Shown here piece by piece: positions 1 through 8,735 of a stretch of 32,000 nucleotides of DNA (position 1 is its first letter; every line of letters starts with the position of its first letter). The stretch is from Vibrio cholerae ATCC 14035 (lineage in GTDB: Bacteria; Pseudomonadota; Gammaproteobacteria; Enterobacterales; Vibrionaceae), in the NCBI RefSeq assembly GCF_000621645.1, contig NZ_JHXR01000022.1:30957-62956 (forward strand), read 5' to 3'. A program made the position numbers and the translations under genes. The notes below the pieces were generated by a model that worked only from the letters and a program-made list of their open reading frames with translations, was not told the origin of the DNA and searched no databases.

Positions 1-20
1 AGTGATTTTAGGGAGAGTAC

Positions 21-494
21 ATGTACTCTCCTATGAAATTTTTCGTAGGAACTAATATGAATCAAAGAGTTAGTGTTATTTATGCTACTTTCTGGGATAG
101 ACTATGGGCATCATTGATTGATAGTTTAGTGCTATCGGTATTAATTCTAGCTGTCATTTTGTTTATATTTAATGTCTTTGATGTGGATGTTGCAATAAAC
201 AGTAGATACGTCGATATCGCTAATTTATCTTTATCACTTTGCATTACTATTTTATTTTGGAATTTTAAATCTGCAACACCTGGCAAGATGCTCTTAAAAT
301 TAAAAGTTGTTGATGAGCATACTCTTAATAAGTTGACATTTAAGCAATCTATAATTCGTTATTTGTCATATTATATTAGTCTGTTAGGCTTTTTCATCGG
401 CTTTTTCTGGATTTTCTTTAACAAAAAAAATCAAGGATGGCATGATAAAATCGCAAAGACCATCGTAATAAAATTGCCATCTAGTACTCAGTAA
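21..494 (+). CDS. RDD-family small integral membrane protein (hypothetical, acf/tag cluster)
   Basis: 157-aa ORF. GGGAGAG Shine-Dalgarno-like motif at 11-17 upstream of ATG 21. 'RLWASLIDSLVLSVLIL' near the N-terminus and 'GWHDKIAKTIVI' near the C-terminus, with hydrophobic spans between, fit the RDD-domain pattern. AT-rich island composition. Confidence 0.7.
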   Translation: MYSPMKFFVGTNMNQRVSVIYATFWDRLWASLIDSLVLSVLILAVILFIFNVFDVDVAINSRYVDIANLSLSLCITILFWNFKSATPGKMLLKLKVVDEHTLNKLTFKQSIIRYLSYYISLLGFFIGFFWIFFNKKNQGWHDKIAKTIVIKLPSSTQ

Positions 495-502
495 TATTTA
501 AA

Positions 503-1411
503 ATGAATAAGACACTTAGGATTACATTATTATCTATATCTGGTTCAAAAACATTTAACATAAAATTCAGACATAGAGTGTTTTTACATTTGACTTTTTG
601 TTTTATTATGTTGTTTTTTTTGGCAATAGCTATGTTGATTTTTAATTTTGACATGAAATTGAGTTCCTCTCTTCTAAGTCAGATAAAAAATGAATATAAG
701 ACCTTTTTCTTAGAGAACAAAATATCATCAATTAACAGTTCTTCATCTGAACTAATGGAAGATTTGTTTTCAAAGCAAGAGCGTTACGAGTTAGCTATCA
801 ATCGTTTAGAAAGATTAGAATCTTTTGTACATAGCGCTGAATCGATCGATATGGTGACTGTTACAGAGCAACTTGGTAGCTATATGAAAGAAACTGTGTT
901 GAATGAGATTCCTAATGGCTTTCCTATTCCTGATGCAAAGATATCATCTCGCTATGGTGAACGTGTGCATCCAGTTACCAAAGTTAAGCAGATTCACCAT
1001 GGAATTGATTTCCCTGCTGCTATTGGCACACCAATCTATTCACCAGCAGATGGTGTTGTTGAAGCGATAAGAGTCAGTACCCAGGGTTCAGGTAATTTTA
1101 TGCGTCTTCAGCATACTTATGGATTTAGTAGTAGTTACTCTCATTTGCATAAGTTCTCGGTTAAAGAGGGGGATTTTGTCAAAAAAGGTGAATTAATTGC
1201 GTACTCAGGAAATACTGGGTTATCCTCTGGGCCACACCTACACTATGAAATCCGTTTCCTCGGTAAATCCCTAGACCCTCACCCATTTATAAAATGGAAT
1301 TACGATAATTTTTCTGAAATTACTAATAAAGTACCATTAATCAAATGGGATGAATTGCTGACTAACATTGAGATCCGGATTGCAATGAATCCGAATCTCA
1401 ATGCACAATAA
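503..1411 (+). CDS. tagE: Membrane-anchored M23/LytM-family metallopeptidase, ToxR-activated gene E (TagE)
   Basis: 302-aa ORF with an N-terminal hydrophobic anchor (LTFCFIMLFFLAIAMLIF). C-terminal M23 motifs HHGIDF (HxxxD) and GPHLHYEI (HxH). Its position beside acfA/acfD matches the VPI-1 gene order as I recall it. Confidence 0.85.
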   Translation: MNKTLRITLLSISGSKTFNIKFRHRVFLHLTFCFIMLFFLAIAMLIFNFDMKLSSSLLSQIKNEYKTFFLENKISSINSSSSELMEDLFSKQERYELAINRLERLESFVHSAESIDMVTVTEQLGSYMKETVLNEIPNGFPIPDAKISSRYGERVHPVTKVKQIHHGIDFPAAIGTPIYSPADGVVEAIRVSTQGSGNFMRLQHTYGFSSSYSHLHKFSVKEGDFVKKGELIAYSGNTGLSSGPHLHYEIRFLGKSLDPHPFIKWNYDNFSEITNKVPLIKWDELLTNIEIRIAMNPNLNAQ

Positions 1412-1413
1412 GA

Positions 1414-2061
1414 CTAGAAGTAGTACTTTGAATTTAAACTTATAGAAAGCACATCATTGTACTTATCGAACTGATATCTTAACTCTGTTCCAACGCTAAG
1501 CTCTGGAATTAAATTATAATCCAACCCTAACGAAAATAGTGCACCAAAGCGATTCTTTTTAAGACCTGTTTCTAATAGAGCTTTTCTAATCTCTATATCA
1601 TCATTTAGGAGTAATTCTAGCTCTTCATATTTTCCAGAATATGCTTCATATTGTGTATGTGTCACACCAACTTTTATATTTGTTTTCAATTGCTGATGAA
1701 TGGGGTATGAGTAAACTGAGATTAATGCAAGTTGTTTAGCTTCAATCTCAGAGCTCCATTCGTGCTCTTTTCTATATTGTTGATTATTTAAAGATTCAAT
1801 TCCTATAAACTTACTGTATTGATCTTCTAATTTATAACTTGAATAGTTGATTTCAAAAGAAAAATTATCATTAAATTTATAACCAATTAGTCCACCTAAA
1901 AACATATCTTCCATATTGGGGTTTAGGCTAACAGCGTCACTTTGATAGTTCGTCTCAAAGCTATGATTTGCTGTTCCAATTCCAAGTTCAAGACCAATAT
2001 ACGGTGCTGCATTTGCTGATAAAGTCGTAAACAAAAAAATTGCTGATAAAGTTTTTTGCAT
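1414..2061 (-). CDS. acfA: Accessory colonization factor AcfA, small outer-membrane beta-barrel protein
   Basis: 215-aa ORF. AGGAG Shine-Dalgarno (complement of 2068-2072) lies 6 nt upstream of the ATG. Signal peptide MQKTLSAIFLFTTLSANA/AP. Alternating beta-strand pattern and C-terminal aromatic ...KYYF typical of OM barrels. Divergent from acfD. Confidence 0.8.
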   Translation of the reverse strand: MQKTLSAIFLFTTLSANAAPYIGLELGIGTANHSFETNYQSDAVSLNPNMEDMFLGGLIGYKFNDNFSFEINYSSYKLEDQYSKFIGIESLNNQQYRKEHEWSSEIEAKQLALISVYSYPIHQQLKTNIKVGVTHTQYEAYSGKYEELELLLNDDIEIRKALLETGLKKNRFGALFSLGLDYNLIPELSVGTELRYQFDKYNDVLSISLNSKYYF

Positions 2062-2233
2062 TTTTTACTCCTATTTTTACCTGTGTTTCACATTTTATTC
2101 TAACTTTAATTTTTTATTTTTTTTATGCTAACTCGTTAAATTTTTAAAAATAAATTTAACAAAATGTATAAAGCGATTTTTTTCATTTTTAACAAGGATA
2201 ATTAATTCTTGTTTTTTGTTTAATAGGCTTAAG
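2062..2233. promoter_or_regulatory. Divergent acfA/acfD control region with toxbox-like T-tracts (presumed ToxT-dependent)
   Basis: 172-bp extremely AT-rich spacer between divergent genes. 12/13 matches to the degenerate toxbox consensus yrTTTTwwTwAww at 2115-2127 (+) and, inverted, at 2140-2152 and 2154-2166. 9-bp inverted repeat GTTAAATTT/AAATTTAAC at 2135-2143 and 2152-2160. Exact sites are not resolvable by eye in DNA this AT-rich. Confidence 0.45.
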
Positions 2234-5200
2234 ATGAAGATTCGTATTGTATCATTGATAGTTTTGGGTTTTCTTATAGGTTGTAAGCATGAAAGTATAA
2301 TTACCCCTACTGTGCCTGCTGATGGTTCGGGTGGTAACGCACTAAATCCTGGTTTGGTAGGTGGTTATTTGCCAGATATTGGTGTTCCGGATCCCATTAT
2401 CTCGCTATCCATGACTTTAGATGGTAACTTGAAATTTGATAGTTCTTTACTGTGTAATGATCAAGATGCCTCTCATATTTCAAATATCACAAAAAGATAA
2501 TGTCTTTTGTACGATCAACGGGCGTTCAATCGCAACATTTACCGCTCCCTTTGACGCTAATAAAAATGGCCGTAACACTGATTCTGAAGTTTTATCTTTA
2601 ATCTCTGCGGATGAGTACCGGGACTCGCCAGTTCGACAGGAAAATCTCCAAATTTTAATGAAAAATATGGCGACAATACATGGAGATAAAATATCTCTAG
2701 TTTTCCGAAGTACTCTTGATGCCTTGACATTCGAAAATTATTTACGGCACAATTTAGATCTTCCCAAAGACCAATTTTTAGAAGCAATTACAGAAAAAAT
2801 CGCCAATGATAATCAGGTCGATAAGCAACCTTCAACTCATGTGCCTAATATCTCTCCATCATTCACGCCTGGGACTTCATCTAATTTGAATAGTCCATTC
2901 GTTTCTGCTAATGCTGAAGAGTCTTTGAGCTATATACCGACAGATGTTATTCCTTCGCTTGGTCGCTTACTTGATAGTCAAGGTCGAGTTATTAATGGTG
3001 TTTCATACTTCAGTAATAATACTCGTGGTATTACTGGTGTAGATAAAACAGGGGCTATTTTAAATGATGGTTCATTTGAATTTTCGTGGGGAGATATTAT
3101 TAGCTTTTCAATCGATACATTTGAATTAGGTAGTACTCGAGCTAATAAAACTGATTTTTATATCAGTGAATTAGGTAAGGACAATGAGGGTAAGAATGCT
3201 GAAGCTTTGATTCATCGTTATGCAAGTATTGATGATTCTAAGCTTATCATTCCAGATAAAGTTACGCAGATTTTTTCCCTATACCCTAATGTCATTAATG
3301 AAGTGATTTCATTATCATTACCTAATGGCGATATCGAACTTGATATTGGAGATGGTAAAACTCAGATTGTACCTGGTGAATTCTTTAAGCAGTTTGATTC
3401 TGGATTAGCAGCACTTATCGATCAATCTATTTCACCTATATCGAGGTTCAAATTTGAAGACAGTTTGCCTAAGAAAAAGTCAGCAATTGATTCTGAATCT
3501 TCACAAATCCAAGATATTATTAATAAACTCTGGGGTGCAACCGATACCGTACAAGCTAATGGATGGAAAAAAGTCGATCGTTTTCATATTTTTCATGACA
3601 GTACAAACTTCTACGGTAGTACAGGAAGTGCCCGAGCACAAGCAGCGGTGAATATTGCTAATAGTGCATTTCCAGTCTTAATGGCTCGTAATGACAATAA
3701 TTACTGGATTGATTTTGGTAAACCTAAAGCATGGGATTCGAATAGTCTGGCATTTATTACTGAAGCACCTTCTACAGTTGTGCCTGATAAAGTATCTGAA
3801 GATACATCAACCTTTAATTTACCTTTTATTAGTTTGGGCGAAATTGGTAAAGGCAAGCTGATGGTACTAGGAAATGCGCGATATAACAGTGTCTTAGTCT
3901 GTCCTAATGGATTTAGTTGGGGCGGAACTGTTAAAAATGGTACTTGTAGCTTAAGTAGTGATCGTGATGATATGGCTAATTTTTTTAGTAATGTCATCCG
4001 CTATCTTACGGGAAGTACTTCCAATGATGTTATTGTTGGAACTAATATTCCAGAAGTTTACTTTAAATCATCTGGCCAAACTATGGGGTCAAAAGCCAAT
4101 TTTGAACTCGATTCAAGATTCTCTAAGCAAACTCAACAGTTGACTAGTTTCCATGATTTAGATGTTAATACTATACCTCTTATTATTATCAATGCATACG
4201 ACTATAAAGGAAAAAACATAAATAGTCCGTATGATATTCCATTAAGTGCTGATGTAGGCAGTCCGAAATTGTCTCGTTCTGATGTCACTGATTTAATTGA
4301 TTATATAAACAACGGTGGTAGTGTATTAATGATGGAGACTATCATTAATACAAATAACAGTGAGATTTCTCGTTTATTGGACAGTGCTGGTATTGCTTTT
4401 GGCATTGGAAACAGTGTAGTTGCTGACGGTAATGGCCCGAGTGGAGGCCACCCAGATCGCCCACGTAGTCAGCGAGAGCACGGTATTTGGGTTATTGAGC
4501 GATATGCAGCTGTTGAAGACGAGTCTTCTGGTCAACAGACGCTACCTTATGTGATTAATAGTGATGGTTCAATTGAGTGGAAGTATATTGTAGAGAATAG
4601 GCCCGATGATAAACCTAAACTTGAAGTCGCGAGTTGGGTTGAATCTGAAGCTGGAGATAAATTAATTACTCACTATGCATTTATTGATGAGTCTCAGCAC
4701 TGGAAAAAAGATATTTCAGGTAAAATAATCTATAACGTGGCAGGGAAGCCGGAAGTAGATAATGCATCATTATCTTTGGCTAAAAATAAAGTACTTGATG
4801 CTTTTAAAAACAGTAGTGGCCAGAGAGCCTACTCTGAATGTAAAAATTCTGAGTTTCATTATGAGATTAATTGCTTAGAATATCGTCCAGGTAATTCAAT
4901 TCCTATTACTGGTGGTTTGTATGTACCCCGATATACTGATATTAAGTTAGGAGAGTCTGAAGCCAATGCTATGGTAAAGGCGGCTAATCTTGGTACAAAT
5001 ATTCATGCTTTATATCAGCATGAACGTTATTTCCGAACTAAAGGAAAGTCGGGAGCCCGTTTAAATAGTGTTGATTTGAATCGAATTTATCAAAATATGT
5101 CAGTATGGCTTTGGAACGACCTTGATTATCGTTATGATGATAAGCAATCCGATGAGCTTGGATTTAAAGTTTTTACACAGTATTTGAATTGTTACACTAG

Positions 5201-6797
5201 TAACAACGCTGGTGGTAATACAACTTGCCCAGAAGAATTGAAAGATGAACTTACTCAGCTAGGTATGATTTATGACGAAAAATCAGGAAGCTATGCAGGT
5301 CAAATGGATCCAAGTTACCCACTTAATTATATGGAAAAGCCACTGACCCGTTTAATGTTAGGGCGCTCATTCTGGGATCTTGATATCAAAGTTGATGTCA
5401 GAAAGTACCCCGGTGAAGTCACAACAAGATCAGGTGGAGGGGATATTACTCTTGACATGCGTAATAATACGGCAGCTTGGTTTGCGGGTAATAGGCAGCC
5501 GACAGGGCAGTGGGCCGAAGCTCATCAGCCTTTTAGTGTTTCAGTCTCAGGAGAAACATCGCCTGTCACCATCACCATTGCATTGGCTGATGATTTAACT
5601 GGCCGAGAGAAGCATGAGCTTGGTTTAAAGCGTCCTCCTCGCATGAGCAAATCATTTGTTATTGGCGGCGATAGTCCGAAAATGCAGACTTTTACCGTAC
5701 CCTATGGTGGGTTAATATATGCACAAGGGGGAAATTCTCAACAGGTCAAACTAACATTTTCAGGAACTATAGATGCACCGCTCTATATTGACGGTAAGTG
5801 GAGAAACCCTCTTTTATCTGGCGCACCAATTGGTGAAGTAGTGTCAGACACCTTCATATTTACTGCACCTAAAGCAAATTTAAATGCCGATGGTTATTTG
5901 GGGGGGATCGAACAGTTTGCAAAAGATCTTGATCAATTCTCAGCGGATTTAAACGATTTTTATGCCCGTGATGAAGGTGCGGACGGTGACAAAAATCGCA
6001 AAGCTACTGATAAGTCAATGCCTAATAATCGTCACCATTTCGTCAATGATGTCGCAATAAGTGTTGGTGCTGCACACTCTGGCTATCCGGTCATGAATGA
6101 TAGTTTTATTACCAGTAGCCGTAGTTTGAACACTATGCCGCTGAACAGCTGGCTGCTTTGGCATGAGGTCGGGCATAATTCAGCAGAAGCTCCTTTTAAT
6201 GTTGATGGGGCCACAGAAGTTGTAAACAACTTACTTGCCTTATATATGCAAGATCGTCATCAAGGAAAAATGTCTCGTGTAGAACAGGATATCCGTTATG
6301 CTTTCGATTTTGTTAATGCTGAGCATGGGCATGCTTGGGGAGCCGGTGGTGCTGGTGAACGTTTAGTTATGTTTGCGCAACTTAAAGAGTGGGCAGAAAC
6401 TGAGTTTGATATAAATGACTGGTATAATGATAAGCTACCTGGTTTTTATATTGAAGAAAGCGGAATAAAAGGTTGGAACTTGTTTAAACTGATGCATCGG
6501 TTAATGAGAAATGAGAACGATGACCAAATCAATATGAAGGGAGAAAATCAATGTAAGATATCTGGTATTGGTAAAAGTGATCTATTAATGCTTTGTGCAT
6601 CATATGCCGCTCAGACGGATTTGTCAGAATTTTTTAAAGCATGGAATCCGGGAAGTAAGGCATTTCTCTATCCAGATGATCCTCAGCCATATTACGAAGG
6701 AGGAATAACTCCTTCTGGGATTCAGAGAGTCAAATCTTTAAAATTGAATCTTCCCCAAAAAAATCCCCTTTCTATAAACAGTGTTACACAACATTAG
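2234..6797 (+). pseudogene. acfD: acfD: AcfD/SslE-family lipoprotein with C-terminal M60-like zinc metalloprotease domain, interrupted by a frameshift at an A5 run (2491-2495)
   Basis: ATG 2234 opens a lipoprotein signal [17 protein letters not shown] (lipobox LIGC). That frame stops at TAA 2498-2500. The 1453-aa ORF (2436-6797) continues in the +1 frame and is closed upstream by a stop at 2430-2432. Removing one A from the A5 run gives a continuous 1520-aa protein (...[18 protein letters not shown]...). HEVGH zinc motif at 6162-6176 with a downstream Glu (GATEVVNN) fits the M60 HExxH...E pattern. Confidence 0.85.
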
Positions 6798-6843
6798 TAC
6801 AGTTATTCCCCCTAGCTTAGCTAGGGGGATCTAGTTTGCTTCC

Positions 6844-6884
6844 TAACATAAAATCCTACTCAGATTTTATGTTAAATATTTTTT
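6844..6884 (+). terminator. Rho-independent terminator downstream of acfD
   Basis: Perfect 12-bp stem TAACATAAAATC (6844-6855) / GATTTTATGTTA (6863-6874) with a 7-nt loop, followed by AATATTTTTTG. A second perfect 9-bp hairpin CCCCCTAGC/GCTAGGGGG lies at 6808-6828, just after the stop codon. Confidence 0.7.
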
Positions 6885-7086
6885 GTTTCACTCTCATAAA
6901 TTAGGAATGAATAGTTTTTATTTCATATAGAAAACAACATCTATATGTTCTGGAGTATTATATTTGACGTCATATATATGATGAAAAACATTTAGTTACT
7001 ATTGAATATCCTAAGGGTTAATATTGAGGTTGGTTACATTGCTATAATAATATTATAGAGATAGGTTTGTGTGTGTTTTTTTAAAA

Positions 7087-7176
7087 CAAAAAAAAGGCGC
7101 ACCGCAGTGCGCCAAAAAGTGCTTAATCGTCAGCTTGTAACAATACATGAGGTAACCGCTCATGTATGTTTATAGT
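7087..7176 (-). ncRNA. tarB: Candidate ~90-nt small RNA, probably the ToxT-activated sRNA TarB
   Basis: Read on the minus strand. TATGAT -10 at 7188-7183 with a poor -35 (ACAAAA). Internal 9-bp hairpin ATACATGAG/CTCATGTAT (7143-7167). An unpaired stretch is followed by a strong terminator GGCGCAC-TGCG-GTGCGCC (7113-7096) and a T9 run (7095-7087). Toxbox-like T-tracts lie upstream at 7209-7221 (12/13) and 7229-7241 (11/13). No credible ORF. My recollection is that TarB maps to the spacer after acfD. Confidence 0.5.
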
Positions 7177-7294
7177 GCCAGTATCATAGCTGTTATGAAA
7201 GATGATTTTGTTTTTTTTAAGTGGAAAATATTTTTTTAACGCTCTTGTTTCTATTTAAGCTTATGAATTTAGTGATACGCTGAACTTGGCCTCT

Positions 7295-8340
7295 TTAGGC
7301 TTTCACTAAGTGCAAATATTTATCACCAGCCATACTGTAACATCCATAGCTAGATTTTTCTATGTGCTCGCTTTACCAACCCATGAGTTTTCGACGTTTC
7401 TCTAAATAGTCGGTACGGTTGTATGCTTTACTTATTTGTATGAGCCAATGCGGGTTCAATAACATCAGGTTTAAAGCCCTGTTCATTAAAAGTGGTACTT
7501 GCCAAAGCCCGAACACCGTGCGCGATCACTCTATCTTTAAATCCTATTCTACTAAGTGATTTATTGGCTGTTTCTGTATTAGTGGGTACCTTTGGATTGC
7601 GGCTAGATGGGAAAATGAATGTTCTATGACCAATGATAGGCTTAATCACTTCAAGAATAACCAATGTTTATGCTGTCATTGGCACTACGTGTTCACGGTT
7701 CATCTTCATTTGCTCTTTGGATTCATATACTAAGTGCAAAGCTTATTAACTCTGTCGATTTATTCCCAACGAGCGCCTGAGACTTTGCTAGGCCGAACCA
7801 TGGTGTGAGTTTGCCATTCAATTAAAAATCGCGTCACGTGCTGGATATTGTACATATAAGATAATGCATTTCATGCAGTTGTAGCGCTTTAATATGTACA
7901 ACTTTGTGTTTTTTAAACACATCACGGATCCCTGCCAATGGGTTGGCATGAATGACACCGCTATTCACCACATAGTTAATGATTTCATTCATAAGTTGGG
8001 CAGTGTGTTTTACGGTTTCTAGTAATCCTTGATACTCAATTGGGCGTCATGTTGCGATGGCAATTTGTGCTGTAAGTTTACTAACGGGTATCGAACTCAA
8101 TTTGGGAAAGGAATAAAGTTCAAGTTTTCTCCAATTACCTTCCAGTGTTTCTTATATTTGCCCTTGTTTACTAGCTTTCCACTGTTCTACAACAAACTTA
8201 AATGTCAGTAATGGTTTTCGCCTTTTGTTCTTCTTTAGCGAGTTGAGGATCCATGATATCCGCTAACTGTTTGCGATCCTCAAGGCTTTCTCTCGAGCTT
8301 CTGCCGAAGAGATATCGGGATACGTACCAGCAGACGACAG
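7295..8340 (-). pseudogene. Decayed P4-type tyrosine integrase paralogue (N-terminally truncated, multiple frameshifts and stops)
   Basis: The 78-aa ORF 7428-7664 aligns to the intact integrase C-terminal catalytic region with 38/60 identities by hand (FIFPSSRNPK...HGVRALASTTFNEQGF...ALAH versus FIFPSDRAPK...HGLRSLASTTLNEQGF...ALAH). Shifted frames give SKAYNRTDYLEKRRKLMGW*SEHIE (versus RSAYNRTDYLERRKPMMCWWSEHIE) and, at 8340-8270, LSSAGTYPDISSAEAREKAL (versus LSFGMYPDISLLQARKSL). Nucleotide homology to 8760-9800 is visible throughout. The first ~57 codons are missing. Confidence 0.8.
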
Positions 8341-8344
8341 CACT

Positions 8345-8735
8345 CTAATGCTTCTAAAGTTTTGAGTACAAATTTGATGTCGTGAACGTTGGCTCCGTCA
8401 CTGACAACAGCACGTGGCGATCCATTTTCATCCGTCAACAAACTGCGTTTTACGTCTTGTTTTACTCTGTCTGTTGGGTTCTTGCCTTTTTTGAGCTAGC
8501 TAAAGGAACCTTAGTTTGGCAGCCATCCATTAATATAGAACGCCAATCAATACCTTTGTTAATCATTCCATTTTGCCAAATTAGTTCAAATACACTTGCA
8601 TCTCGACGCTTTTGAAAGCGACGATGTGCAGAGCTAGAGGTAAAAATACTCGCCGCGTTAAGCGTATTCCACTGACAACCAGTTCTTAGAACAAAAAGAA
8701 TGCCGTTAGGATCACATCTGCTTCCATGTGGGGGG
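8345..8735 (-). mobile_element. Internal fragment of an IS5-family (DDE) transposase gene, no ends recognisable
   Basis: Minus-strand translation gives DPNGILFVLRTGCQWNTLNAASIFTSSSAHRRFQKRRDASVFELIWQNGMINKGIDWRSILMDGCQTKVPLASSKKGKNPTDRVKQDVKRSLLTDENGSPRAVVSDGANVHDIKFVLKTLEAL. This matches the conserved 'VLRTGCQW ... KKG.NPTDR.K.G.KR.LL.D..G.P ... GAN.HD' pattern of IS5/IS427-type transposases. There is no start, no C-terminal half and no inverted repeats. It is wedged between the intact int 3' end and the truncated integrase relic. Confidence 0.7.

Noticed and set aside
8029-8615. 60-aa and 77-aa plus-strand ORFs in the degenerate region
   Set aside because: They are antisense to the integrase relic and the IS5-family transposase fragment. 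The homology signal is on the minus strand.
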